The translations under genes were made by a program, and so were the position numbers. DNA of 64,000 nt from Octopus vulgaris (taxonomy: Eukaryota), in the NCBI GenBank assembly GCA_951406725.2, contig OX597814.1, forward strand, positions 163,432,001 to 163,496,000, read 5' to 3'. The notes beneath the pieces were generated by a model. The model did no database searches. It was not told the DNA's origin and worked only from the letters and a program-made list of their open reading frames with translations. Positions 1 to 12,528 of the stretch are shown piece after piece (the first letter of the stretch is position 1; each line of letters starts with the position of its first letter).

Positions 1-317
1 TAAAAACTTGTGCTGCTAGTTATCTTTGAAATGTTACATGGGAGAATTTTGACTCATGTTCTTAATCTTTCACTAAATGACAATAAAATAATTGTCCTTT
101 TCCTATCAAATTGTTCGTCTTTCTATACCAGTCTAACATTGGTGAGTGTGTGTGTCTGTGTGTGTGTGCGATTGTGTGTGTGTATGTATGTTTGTATACG
201 AATTATATATGTATGTACATGTATGCATATTTTTTTTTGTATACGTGTATACATCAATGTGTCAATTCTTGTAATACTGGTCCTGACTGTTGCACTTACA
301 CAGACACACACACACAC

Positions 318-348
<31 letters not shown>

Positions 349-511
349 AGTGTATATAAGTTCAGTAAAATTTAGATTAAGTTGAATATGGTACTTAAGT
401 TAAAGGCACCAGAATTTAGTATGGTATTATCCATATAATTCAAAATGGGGTGATTATAATCAAAATAAGCATCAAGGATATCCAGACGATATCCTTGTTG
501 CTTATTTGATG

Positions 512-581
<70 letters not shown>

Positions 582-593
582 TACATATATATA

Positions 594-1826
594 AGGGCAA
601 GTATGAAATTTATAGTAAGGTACATGATAAACTTTGACAGCTGCTCATTTTGTGCCATTATTATATTTTGACAATCTTTATTTTTTGTTAGAAAGCTGAT
701 ACATCTGTTTCCTTATTCTAACTCATTTTGCGCTTTATAAAGTATTTATAAATCGTTTTTTGCTATTTTTCGTTAGAGATGGATAAGTCGGAGATTCGTA
801 GTTTTGAAATATGAGTTCTTTCTTGGAAATGCAGCATCACAGACAACTTGGAATATTAATGGAGTATTTCATTCTAATGTTATTACACAGCAGACAGGAT
901 CAAATTGGTTTGCAAAATTTCGATCTGGTAACTTTAACCTCACAACTGAGCAACGCGGTCGACCAGAAACAAAGGTGGGCAATGACGAACTGAAAGCTAC
1001 CGTCGAGTCAGATCCATCTCAAAATGCCCGTGAATTATCGTTGTTGTTTGGTGTTAGCAAGCAAACAATATTGACTTACCTATTTCAAATCAGTAAAGTG
1101 AAAAAGTTGGATAAGTGGGGTCCACATGAACTCAAGCCTGTATGATGCAACTTTCTCATCACAAAAATGCATCATTTTTTAATCGAATTGTAAGATGCGA
1201 TGAGAAATGGATCCAATATAACAACCGTAAACGTTCAGCACAATAGTTGGACTAAGACGAGCCACCAAAAGACAGTCCAAAAAGAAAAATTCATCAAAAG
1301 AAGCTGATGGTATGTGTTTGGTGGTCTGATGCAGGTGTGATTCATTATGATTTCATTAAACCTGGCTCGTCAATCACGGCCGAAGTATACTGCGGCTACC
1401 TGACCCAAATGATGCAGAAACTTACAAAAAAACAGCCTAGATTAGTCAACAGATCCATTCCTATTTTATTTCAAGACAACGCCAGACCACACATTGCAAA
1501 AATGACATTGGCGAAACTACAGGAGTTAAAGTTGGAAATTCTCCATCATCCACCAAACTCACCTGATCTACTACTTCTTCCAGAATTTGGATAACTTTTT
1601 GATAGGAAAAAAATTTAATTCCGACGATGCTGTAAAACAGGCCTTTCAAGATTTTATTGACTCTAGATTGCCAGGCTTTTACAGTTCCGGGCTGGACAAG
1701 CTACCGCTGAAATGGCAAACGTGTATTGACAATATGGATGCATGCTTTGATCAATAAAACTATTCCTTGTATTTATAAAACATTAGCAAACTTCCTTTAC
1801 TTTTCTACAAATTTCATACTTGACGA
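594..1826 (+). mobile_element. Mariner (Tc1/mariner) transposon, near full length, with degraded transposase (~779-1757)
   Basis: Imperfect TIRs: agggcaagtatgaaatttatagtaaggt at ~594 and the reverse complement of acttttctacaaatttcatacttgacga at ~1799-1826. Transposase motifs W(G)PHEL, CDEKWI, MVCVWW, QDNARPH and HPPNSPDL are split by stops and frameshifts. Confidence 0.9.
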
Positions 1827-2169
1827 ACACTAACACAACCACTAACAATAACATTGACATATTGTATGAAGAAGATAAGCAAATCCATTTCATATAAAAA
1901 ATATATAATGCACTATCCTAGTGTGTTTTGAAAGTTGAATGAATATCTTTGATCTTAGGTCTATGAAGATTGACTTTAGGATACACAGCCACAACAATAC
2001 GATTAGCAAGAACAATCTGGTGACCGTTCAGTTAACTGTAAACTTTCTTTTCGTCATTCCATCACCTTTTTATCTCATTTTTATTATTACACCCAAAGAA
2101 ATAAGACAATTTTCTGCTCTCCAAAACTAAATCTTTCCTGGACCAATACTACATATTTACTATGGATAA

Positions 2170-3925
2170 TTAATCGCCGACACTGCAGGATTTGCTAGTG
2201 TGGAAGAGAGCAATAAAGTCACAGACCGTGGCGTCCCAGATGAAGCAGCTATCTCTTACCCAGGGACAGAGGGTAAGACCATCTGGTCTCTTCCCATCAC
2301 TTCTGGATAATCCCACTGGCTCCAGAACTGAAGAGATATTAATACAAGCCAGGGCCTGCTAAATGTTAAGTTTAACTCGGTGTGACAAGCGAAGTGACCA
2401 GCATTTAGGCGGCAAGACAGACCGTGAAGACCTGTCGAATCAAGGGGCCTACCACAGCGACATCTCAGTCCCCTACAGAAGTCAGCTTCCACTCTGAGTG
2501 CGATTGAGATGCGGAGCTCATCAAGACTGAGTAGACCTCCAATGCTGGCCACAGCTTGGGCGTGAGAATTTTACACTAGCAGAAAGTAAGCGATACCTTG
2601 AAAATTGATCAGATTGATCAGGAAGAGAGTTGAAAGTGGCACCTGAATGCAGATTGTCTCATACTCTCTGCTTAGGTCTATCCTCAACTGTAACAGTAAC
2701 TGACAAACCCAGCTCTCTCCACTGTAGCAGAGCTTCATCCATTTCTCTGTTGGAATTAGTCCATGTTAGAGAGGAGAGGATGTTGCCTACTAAAATGGAG
2801 CAAACATAGATGGAGGAAAGAAAGGGAAGAGATAGAGATGAGTACTTGCTCAGACCTAGATCCCCAAACCGTTTGGGCAAAGCAGCCTGGTTGTGGGACT
2901 TTGGGGAGTCTGACGCTGACCAAGTATTCGAGTCTCCTGAAGATTAGGTCGTCAAAGCATTGGAGAGATGACGAAAATCTACATGAGGGACTATGAGAAA
3001 ATACAATAACTTAGGAATCGACAAGTAATTCCTAAGTATAAAAAATCTTGGTGGGGCTCGGTTACTTCAAGATTTTTTAAAAGTTGTTCAAGGTTAGCCA
3101 TTTTGGATCGAAAGATGGACTCGAAAGCTTGGTCAGTAATTGGGACTTTAAGAGAGCACCACACTGATGAAGGAGGAACCACGACAGAGGGGAAGGAGTC
3201 TGTAAACAAGTTTATAGTCTGCTCATGTGAAACTGGATTGTTGAGGGACCAGAGCTCGCATTTGTAACTGTTAACCTATGACCAACTTCCTTAGTCACCG
3301 TCCTTGTAGTTGCAAGGGCCTTGTGAGGATCTCACTCGCCCTAATAAGCATTACCAAGATACCAAACATTTAAGCCTATGTCAGCTCCCACCTTGGTAAC
3401 ATCATCGATACCCAATGTGAATAGAGCAGATCCAAGTGGGTCAACCTGTTGGACTCCAGAAGCAGACGGGATGAGGCAGTCACCAAAGGAGAGGTAGGAG
3501 GGCTCCCGATAAGCTTGCCAAGCAGTGATAAGGCTGTGTAGCATTCTCCCTTGTTGCACAGAGTACAACGTCCTGGCTGACGGAATTGAAGGCATTCCTA
3601 CAGTCTAGTTTGAGGATGACCTTTGGGTACTCAGAGGGCAAGCTGGTGAAAGCCCTAGTAGCATGAGCAGCTGTCCCACAACCTAGCTTAATACTCTCTC
3701 CTCGCAGAATAGGGGAAAATTCAGCGGACAAACAGTTAGAAACTGCAGACAGACACACTTTTGCTGTGAGCCGTCGCAGAGTACAACCAACTGTTATGTG
3801 GCGGAAGTCACCATTGGGCTCAGTGAGGCCAAATAGTTTAGCCCCAAAGAACAGGGGACGGATGTAGAGGAAGACACTCTCAGACGAGAACAAGTTTATG
3901 AACTGTGTTAGGCTCTCCAAGAGCT
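2170..3925 (-). mobile_element. Degraded non-LTR retrotransposon with RT and C-terminal RLE, CRE-clade-like
   Basis: Minus-strand fragments FGAKLFGL..PNG..R.ITVG.TLRRL, KLDCRNAFNSV, GVQQ.DPLG.ALF and WYL, then CRCGRPLD..GLHGLSC...H and DGKRPDGLTL.PW...LIWDATV. Confidence 0.75.
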
Positions 3926-4979
3926 AAAAATTCCTTAAGGCGTGTCGGTGTCCCCCAGCATGGCCGCAGTCCGATGACTGAAGCAAGTAAAAAGATTTTT
4001 AGAAAATAAAAAAAGTTCGAAGAAAAACCAAAAAATATAACCGAGCGAGTTATAAAAAATTTTCAAAAGATTTGGTTATTTCTTGCATGTGGAGAGACCT
4101 TTACACTTAACTTCAAGTGCTGGTTGAAAATCATTAAAAAAAATTCTGGGGCCGATACATTCGACTAAAAGTTCATCAATGTGGTGCCCCAGCATGGCCA
4201 CAGTCTAATGACTGCAACAAATAAAAAAAACGAAAAATATAACCATGGGGCTTTTGTCCAAGGGGCTTTTGTCCATGAGGCTTTTGTCCTAGGGGGCTAT
4301 TGTCCGGATCCCGGGAAATTTACAGTATTAGGAGAAAAAGGCCATGTGTAATATGCTACCGTGTATAAGATACATCCTTATTTTGGAGCCTAAATTTTCA
4401 TAAAGATCTAACAGAGTCACACAACCACTACAAGATTAGGTCATCTAATGTTAGTTTTTAAATTTTCACTTTAAATATATTGATATGTAAAGACATAATA
4501 ATTGAAGAAATTAACTTTATTCGATTTTTGTATTATTTTTTAATAGAAGTGGGTGGGAAAAACATTGCAGCCTAAATACCGTAAATTATTCCTAACTTTA
4601 ATCTTGATTTTGATGAAAATGTACGTATTATACATGGAATTTTGTGGTAGATGCAAAATGTGTCAGTGCTACTTGTTAAGGCTTTCTCTACAAATTTTCT
4701 ATAGAAATTATTGCCAGCACTGATATAGTATATTATGGTTGCATAACGAAATCCTGCATCTCTACAAGTCATTAATGTTCGAATGGGTCCAATAGCTATG
4801 TTGGGCCAAAGCAAGCCTGAGCAATATTCGAACTCCCAGCAGACATGCCCAGGCTCGCAAGATTTCCAATTTCACTGTAAACTCATATTTCTTTCATTCC
4901 AAGTTTATGACTAAGAAAAACTCTGCTGTTGTTTTAAATTCAACTGATCTGGATCTTACTACAAACTTTGACATCCACA

Positions 4980-5117
4980 CACTAGCGTAGCCAGATTGTG
5001 TGCCGCCCGAGGCGGCCCTTTCATATGTCATCCTCCCCCCGGACCCCACAAAAACACATATTACCAAAGGTGCTGCCTGGTGCAGTCACCCCTTTTCCCC
5101 CGCCATCTATGTTAGTG
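4980..5117. mobile_element. Small hAT-type MITE
   Basis: Ends cactagcgtag / ctatgttagtg are imperfect inverted repeats. Flanks catccaca / caaccaca form a 7/8 match consistent with an 8-bp TSD. Confidence 0.55.
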
Positions 5118-5259
5118 CAACCACACAATCAAAATAAACTATACTACCAATCTTTCATCCTGAAAATAAGATATTCTTTCCATCTTCTCCACATATTATT
5201 GGAGTAGAGTCCTCAGGCATCTCTTCCATCAAGTTCTATCAGAAACAACCTCCATTAGA

Positions 5260-5540
5260 CTTTCTGGGTTGATTGCTACACGTGACCAACTGAGACAATG
5301 GATTTTATTCAACAATCTCGTTCTCGGTCCATTGCCTAGATCTCCTGCCGGTTGGCTTGGTTTGGAGAATCTGTTTTGTGATTCTTTCCCGCTACATTCT
5401 AATCACATGCTCATAGTGCCGAAGCAGTGACTTTTCAATGTGGAGAAGTAGCGATTCAACCCAGAGAGACTCCTTGATCTCTAAGATATGTATCCTGTAT
5501 TGTAATGTTGCTCCAGAGACCCTTCAGATGTACCCCATTT
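5260..5540 (-). mobile_element. LINE (RTE-like) ORF C-terminal fragment
   Basis: Minus strand reads ..LLHIEKSLLRHYEHVIRM*RERITKQILQTKPTGRRS.., resembling the RTE LRW.GHV.RM...G.R motif. Confidence 0.5.
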
Positions 5541-5729
5541 GACTGCTTGTATTCACGATCATACTCTTTCTTTACTCTTTTATTGTCAAACATTTATAAT
5601 AGGTGACGATAGGCACACAAACCAAATCGGAGAAAGGGAGGTTTTTTTATTTATTTTTTACCAACCGCTCCACATTTTTTGTCAGTTCCTCTTTTGTTTT
5701 TGCCATTATTTTCTCTTTGCTTTTATTCA

Positions 5730-8070
5730 GATTACATTTTCACACAGAATATCCAGTATACCATGGAATATTCAGCTGTCTCCAAATAAATTTCCAGAGA
5801 AAGACATGAAAAAAACACTACTGTATTGACAAAAGCACTACACCTTAGAGAATTTTTCTTTGCTTTGGAAACAGGAAAACTTAGAAGTTAAGAAAGAATC
5901 ACTAACAGATGTCTATTTTGAGAAACTATCAGCACCTCCAAGTGCATCTGAAAGAACAGGAGAAACATATGTACTCAAGATATTGAAGATGAAGAATCAT
6001 TGCATCCTACTGACAGGGATAGTGAATGCCATTTTGGGTTCTAAACCAAGCCATGTAGCAGTCTGCCAGTGCAAAGTATGTGCCCATGTTCTATCAAGAC
6101 CCAGAATCTTGATGCCATTATAAAAGCAAAAGTGAAAACAAACTGGATGGCACTAACTATTTTAAAAATTCAATGTTTTATATTATTTGTGAAAATGGTG
6201 AGCAGCGTTTGAGAAAGTGGAAACTGTACAACACATCTAAGAGTGCTATTTATTGCTTTTGCTGTACTTTGATGTCAAGCTACTGTAACAGGTTTTTCAG
6301 CAAGGATGGCTTTAATGAATGGGAAAAAAGCAGAGGAGAAAAAAAAAATATGTGAACAAAGCTAAAGCAACAGAGGTTCTGTGTTGCTATACAATAGTTT
6401 ATGTAGGGAATATTCTCATGTTAGTAGGGAGTTGGAAAAATAGATGCAAGAAAACAAGAAATATCAGACTGAAATATTGCACTGTGTTGTGGCTGTGATG
6501 ATATTTATAACTGAGAGAGGCCTGGTATTAAGGAGTAGTGAAGAGGTCATAGGATCTAAGTACAGTGGGAACTTGGGGGGAATTATGGAACTTATTGCAC
6601 AGTTTAATCCTTTGCTAATAGGTTACTTGAAAGCATTTAGCAATCTAGGAAGCAGTAAGTAGTCATACTTATCATTACCATCTACAAAGAAATTTTTCTG
6701 TTCAATGCAAAATATGTACTTCATATTGTAGCAGAACTTAACACTGCTAACTATTTGTCAGTTTCTGTAGATTTAAAACCAGACCACACTCGTGTTCATC
6801 AGTTAACAGTTATTGTGCATTATGCAGTTTCTGGGAAGCTGATAGTAAGAATTTTAACTTTCCTGCAGGCTGGTTCCCTTAAAGTAGAATGCTGGCCACA
6901 TCCATGTTAGAATTTCTTAAGAAATAGCATATAAATTTTGAAGACTGCAGGAACTGTCTTATCACAGCTTCGTTAATATCTGAGTACTACACCAGAATGC
7001 AAACCAGACTTAAGGAAATGAACTTGGCTACAATTTTTATTCCCTATGTTGTTCATTCATTGAGTTTTGTTGGACATGCTACTGCTTCTTGCTGTGTTGA
7101 AGCTCTTAGCTATTTTGGCTTCATACAAAAGATATACACTTTTCTGTGTTGGCACACATGAGCAAATTTAATGATATCTTCAGAAGGAAATAAAAGAAAA
7201 CCAACTTTGAAGTCCTTGTCAGAAACTCGTTGGTCATCAAGAGCATATGCTACTAAAACCCTCATTGATAGATATAACAGCATTCAAAACACTCAGAGAT
7301 ATTTAAGATGATTTAGAATTAAAACCTGAAGGAAGATATGAAGCTCAGACTTAGTAGACAAAATGGACTGCCTTGAAACTGCTCTAATGGCTAAGATCTA
7401 GAATTTAATTCTTATACAGCTTAACAGTAAAAATAGAGATTTTCCCAGAGTTGAAGTTGATCTGAGAAAAGTGGTGGATCTTACTAATTCCTCAGAAAAC
7501 TTTCTGAAATCACATTGGGATAAGTATGAGAATTTGGAAGTGAATTCAGGACTTTCAATGTAATTTTAGATCAGTTGTTTGTCACCTTACAAAAACACAA
7601 GTAGCCTATCAATCAGTGCATAGCAAGTTCAAAGTTAGAGTGAAATTATGTAGTTGATGCAGAGATAAGAACTGAAAGTGGACGACCCATCGCCATTTTC
7701 CCCTGTGATTTTAGTAATGTGTTCATAGAAGATATTGTGCAGAATGCAACCATCATTAACACAGGTCATGTTTCACTCCATCTCAACAGGCACTTTTAAT
7801 CCATAATGAAGGGCTTGCGTAAACCTTTGCAACTGTTGAAGTAGCTCTTAGAATATATTTGAGCTTCATGGTCACTAGTTGTTCAGGAGAGAGGCATTAA
7901 GTAAATTGGGACTAATGAAGAATTATCTGAGAACAACAATGACGTTTGAAAGACGAAGTACAGACCAGACAATTTAAGAATAATTATCATGAATAGGCAA
8001 CATGCCAAAAATCCTTATCTTCAAAATATCCTTCATTTTATGGTAAAACACAAAAACAAGAGAATTGCCC
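5730..8070 (+). pseudogene. Degraded hAT transposase (TTF zinc finger / DUF4371 / hAT dimerisation type)
   Basis: Fragments RKW.LY..SKSAIYCFCC, GL.LRS.EE.IGS..SGNL.G..EL.AQFNP, SVD..PD....QLT, LKSLSETRWSSR and ALRIYLS.MVTSCSGER...MKNYLRTTM, with many stops and frameshifts. Confidence 0.85.
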
Positions 8071-8141
8071 TTGGGTAAGTTGTATTACAGCAGGGGACAT
8101 TGTCATCTTTTGCATTTTATTTTTTTTTATTTATTGTAACA

Positions 8142-8330
8142 CTACTCTCTTTACTCTTTTTACTCTTACTTGTTTCAGTCATTTTGACTGCAGCCGAACA
8201 AATTGATTCCAGGACTTATTCGTTGTAAGCCTAGTACTTATTCTATTGGTATCTTTTGCTGAACCGCTAAGTTACGGGGACGTAAACACACCAGCATCGG
8301 TTGTCAAGCGATGTTGGGGACACACACACA
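8142..8330 (-). mobile_element. SINE 3' part
   Basis: Reverse complement of the tail of the full-length SINE at 9421-9836. Confidence 0.75.
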
Positions 8331-8332
8331 TG

Positions 8333-8426
<94 letters not shown>

Positions 8427-8431
<5 letters not shown>

Positions 8432-8795
8432 ATATTAATTAGAGACAAAACCACTATTTTGCAAATCAAACAAAGAAAGACTTAATCCAATACATAAAAA
8501 AATTAAAATATAAATTAAATAAAATTATATTCGCCACTACAATTGTTTCATGTCTCTTCTCAGGACATTCATCAGGTGGATTTCAGATCTTCTATTCTAT
8601 TTTAAGTTATGATAACTTAAAATAGAATAGAAGATCTGAAATCCACCTGATGAATGTCCTGAGAAGAGACATGAAACAATTGTAGTGGCGAATATAATTT
8701 TATTTAATTTATATTAAAATTTTTTTATGTATTGGATTAAGTCTTTCTTTGTTTGATTTGCAAAATAGTGGTTTTGTCTCTAATTAATATTATAT
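8427..8795. repeat. Near-perfect 369-bp palindrome, probably PLE pLTR-derived
   Basis: Arms mirror around position 8611 (aagttat-g-ataactt), with about 2 mismatches seen. Confidence 0.95.
8643..8688 (+). ncRNA. Minimal type I hammerhead ribozyme (mirror copy on minus strand 8534-8579)
   Basis: CCAC-CTGATGA-ATGTC-ctgagaaga-GACAT-GAAA-C-AATT-GTA-GTGG: intact core, stems I and II, palindromic loop III and a GUA triplet. Confidence 0.85.
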
Positions 8796-8872
8796 TATAT
8801 TTTACTATAAAATTGGATTCAATCCTAAATCTGATTTTCCCTGTAAATTTGGATTTATTCCCTAATATTTAT

Positions 8873-8904
<32 letters not shown>

Positions 8905-8906
<2 letters not shown>

Positions 8907-9068
8907 GATGGGCTTCTTTCTATTTCCGTCTACCAAATCCACTGACAAGGATTTGGTCAGCCCAAGGCTATAGTAGAAGACACTTGCCCAAGGTACCATG
9001 CAGTGGGACTGAACCCAGAACCATGTGGTTTGGTAAGCAAGCTACTTACCACACAGCCACTCCTGCAC
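8905..9068 (-). mobile_element. SINE 5' head (tRNA-related)
   Basis: Reverse complement of 9421-9585. Confidence 0.8.
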
Positions 9069-9134
9069 ATATAATTCCATGAAATTGAGAAGTGACTTTA
9101 AATTTCATTTTATTACATAAGAAATTATTTATTA

Positions 9135-9415
9135 CAAGCCTCGACTGGCTTCCGTACCGGTGGCACATAAAATACACCAATCCGACCGTGGCCGTTGCCA
9201 GCCTCACCTGGCACCTGTGCAGGTGGCACGTAAAAAGCACCCACTACACTCATGGAGTGGTTGGCATTAGGAAGGGCATCCAGCTGTAGAAACATTGCCA
9301 GATAAGACTGGAGCCTGGTGCAGCCTTCTGGCTTCCCAGATCCCCAGTCGAGCCGTCCAACCCATGCTAGCATGGAGAACGGACGTTAAACGATGATGAT
9401 GATGATGATGATGAT
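9135..9415 (+). mobile_element. RTE 3'-tail-related retroposon ending in (GAT)n
   Basis: Ends ccaacccatgctagcatggagaacggacgttaaacgatgatg, a tail shared with the RTE LINE 3' end at ~31510-31700. Confidence 0.75.
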
Positions 9416-9420
9416 AGGTA

Positions 9421-9836
9421 GGCGCAGGAGTGGCTGTGTGGTAAGTAGCTTGCTAAACAACCACATGGTTACGGGTTCAGTCCCACTGCATGGCATCTTG
9501 GGCAAGTGTCTTCTGCTATAGCCCCGGGCCGACCAATGCCTTGTGAGTGGATTTGGGAGATGGAAACTGAAAGAAGCCCGTCGTATATATGTATATATAT
9601 ATATATATATGTGTGTGTGTTTGTGTGTCTGTGTTTGTCCCCCTAGCATTGCTTGACAACCGATGCTGGTGTGTTTGTGTCCCCATCACTTAGCGGTTCG
9701 GCAAAAGAGACTGATAGAATAAGTACTGGGCTTACAAAGAATAAGTCCCGGGGTAGATTTGCTTGACTAAAGGCGGTGCTCCAGCATGGCCACAGTCAAA
9801 TGACTGAAACAAGTAAAAGAGTAAAGAGTAAGAGAG
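9421..9836 (+). mobile_element. Full-length tRNA-headed SINE
   Basis: A-box-like tggctgtgtgg, B-box-like ggttcagtccc, central TA/TG microsatellite and a (gagtaaa)n tail. Multiple copies occur in the window. Confidence 0.85.
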
Positions 9837-10176
9837 TGTCCCAACATGGCTGCAGTCCAACGACTGAAACAAGTAAAAGGCAAACGATATAAAAGGTATA
9901 AACATTATCCATTCTAATAGTTTTCTAAACTGGACTTTTCCCAGTCTGATGCAAAATGCTAATACTGCAGGTGTGTGAATTTTTATTTCTGGAACACCAC
10001 ACGTCTTCCGTTTTCAACATAAGCTATTCTCTACATATGTATGTATCATCATCATCATCATCATTATCCTTTAATGTCCGATGATCTTTTGATATATGCA
10101 TCTTTTGTATACATATAAGAAACGTTTTATCTTTGTGTGAATATTAACTTGTGTTTGTGGCTATTTAAGTGTAGGT

Positions 10177-10570
10177 GTGTATTTGCAAGCTCACGTTTCA
10201 GGGCTAAACTAATTAAAGCGCTTAACTATATTGTCATGCTAATAAAGGAAAACTAAACAATGAAAATCAAGATCACAGTTGCGTCATGGGCTTGAATAAA
10301 TCAAGTTAATGGTCAATGTTAAATCCTAAGGAAGAAAGGTGAATGCAAGTCACATGTCTGTGCTGAAAACGTGATCAGGAAGTAAGGTGAAATACACGGG
10401 ATTGGATTGAAATTCTGGGGCAGAGTTAACAATCATTTCTTCCCTTGTTAATCCCTTAGCAGAGGTTTGTGCTTACTCATATACATATATATTTTTCCAC
10501 ACATACACATTTTTTACCTATATAGATATATAGATGTTTATCATATATATGATGTATATATATGATACAC
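10177..10570. repeat. Segment duplicated in inverted orientation at ~16713-17092 (partly again at 28269-28410)
   Basis: Direct reading shows near-identical reverse-complement sequence. Confidence 0.9.
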
Positions 10571-10583
10571 ACAAACACACACA

Positions 10584-10617
<34 letters not shown>

Positions 10618-10867
10618 TATGTGTGTGTATATACAAAGAGACAGACAGACAGACAGATGGACGGATTGATAGATAGATAGATAGATAAATAGATATACAT
10701 ACTTGTATATACAGATACATACACACATATATACATATATACATAGATACACACATACCCACATATATACAGATACACACATATATACATACAGATCAGA
10801 TGTAACCAGAGGTAGATAGATAGATATAGGTATATGTGTATATATGTATATATACACAGATCTCTCT

Positions 10868-10910
<43 letters not shown>

Positions 10911-10916
10911 CATACC

Positions 10917-11077
10917 TTATTGAAAAGCAGCAGAAATATCACAAAAGCTGTTACTCAGAGTTTCACGTTCCCATACATCAGACAGTTTTGTTTAGAATCT
11001 AAACAAAACTGTCTGATGTATGGGAACGTGAAACTCTGAGTAACAGCTTTTGTGATATTTCTGCTGCTTTTTGATAA
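10917..11077. repeat. ~160-bp palindrome containing a degenerate hammerhead motif (11009-11046)
   Basis: Centre at 10997. Motif reads CTGT-CTGATGT-ATG-GGAA-CGT-GAAA-CTCTGAG-TA-ACAG. Confidence 0.85.
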
Positions 11078-11229
11078 AGCATATTACTCTGCCTTTTGTA
11101 TTCAAGTACTATTTTTTCCACCTTGTGTGCTTACTCTGGTATATATATCTTTTACAAATCATCTTTTCGCATAATGATAAGTTGTTAAATACAAATCCAC
11201 TTACTACTGATAATACTAAAATTAATTTT

Positions 11230-12110
11230 GTTAATACTAACCATTCTTTAAATAATAGTAACAGCAGGGTTATTGTTTCTGAAGCTAACTCCAATTATAT
11301 TCGTTTTCTTAGAAGTAATTCTAAGACGAAAAACTCAATTTATCAATGTAAAATTACTTCCAGTTCTGACATCTTTTTTTATATAGGTAGTTCTTCATCT
11401 CATTTATCCAAAAGAATATCTAATCATTACTCTACATTTAGGCATATCAATAAACATAACAATACAGGGCTTAGTAAATTAATCTGATATCTAAAAGATC
11501 ATAATAAACAATTTAATTTGAAATGGAATATTCTCTCTATTTCTTTACCATATGATAAAGGTAAACATTTCTGCTCGCTTTGTAATAGCAGAATGTTTTA
11601 TATCCTATTCACAACGAATTCCCATGTAAACACGTTTATAGAATGTGTTTATCGTTGCAAACATTGGCAGAAACATACCTTTAGTTCCTATAAGTGATTT
11701 CTACCATTCTATATAATTCGAACTTTGGTTGTCTTCTTACATTTCACTTCCACTAAATATATCTAATTCCACACTTTTAAGCTTTATTCTAATTCACCCA
11801 TCACTCTATACTTCTCTACTATTAGTTTTCTGCTAATTTTTTTCCTTCTCCTCCTCTTTCTATGTGCTACCTTTGACGTTATATCTACTAACAGCTTTTT
11901 TTAAAAAACTTAATAGCATTCCCTTCATCATTATACACAGTCATCACATTTTGTTAAAATGTCTTATTGATGTGTTTGGTTTCTTTCTTTCCCTGATGAG
12001 AAGATTGTATTGTTTTACACCATTTTATTCCTTCTGGAATAATACCAATGTTGTCCTCGAAACATATGTCAGAAGTAAAAGAATTTGAAAAACACCTGCG
12101 TTTAACTCCA
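11230..12110 (+). mobile_element. Penelope-like element 3' fragment: GIY-YIG endonuclease plus 3' region
   Basis: NSIYQCKITS...FYIGSSS..LSKRISNHYSTFRH.....TGLSKLI*.LKD...C.LC, followed by a hammerhead motif. Confidence 0.75.
11987..12075 (+). ncRNA. Type I hammerhead ribozyme motif with extended stem II
   Basis: CTGATGA (11993-11999), then GAAA-C-ATAT-GTC (12059-12070). Stem I and the stem II base are imperfect. Confidence 0.65.
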
Positions 12111-12158
12111 TTTATCTATATATATGTATATATATGTGTGTGTATATATATATATATG

Positions 12159-12221
<63 letters not shown>

Positions 12222-12240
12222 TCATCATCATCATCATCAT

Positions 12241-12296
<56 letters not shown>

Positions 12297-12493
12297 TATA
12301 TATATATATATCATCATCATCATCATCATCATCGTTTAGCGTCCGTTTTCCATGCTAGCATGGGTTGGACATATTCTTTTACCTGTTTCAGTTATGTGAC
12401 TGTAGCCATGCTGGAGCAATATCTATATCTATATCTATCTATCTATATCTATCTATCTATATATATATATTATATGTGTGTGTGCACGTGTGC

Positions 12494-12528
<35 letters not shown>

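Noticed and set aside
10-660. ORFs rich in YI/CV/HT repeats here and throughout the window
   Set aside because: They are translations of (TA)n, (CA)n and (ATC)n microsatellites, not genes.
779-1757. SETMAR-like domesticated gene
   Set aside because: There is no SET domain, the ORF is disrupted and TIRs flank it.
5730-8070. Host ZMYM1-like gene
   Set aside because: Many stops and frameshifts without splice signals indicate a hAT transposase fossil.
9421-9500. tRNA gene
   Set aside because: It is a SINE head with A/B boxes that continues into a multi-copy SINE body, and no complete cloverleaf is evident.
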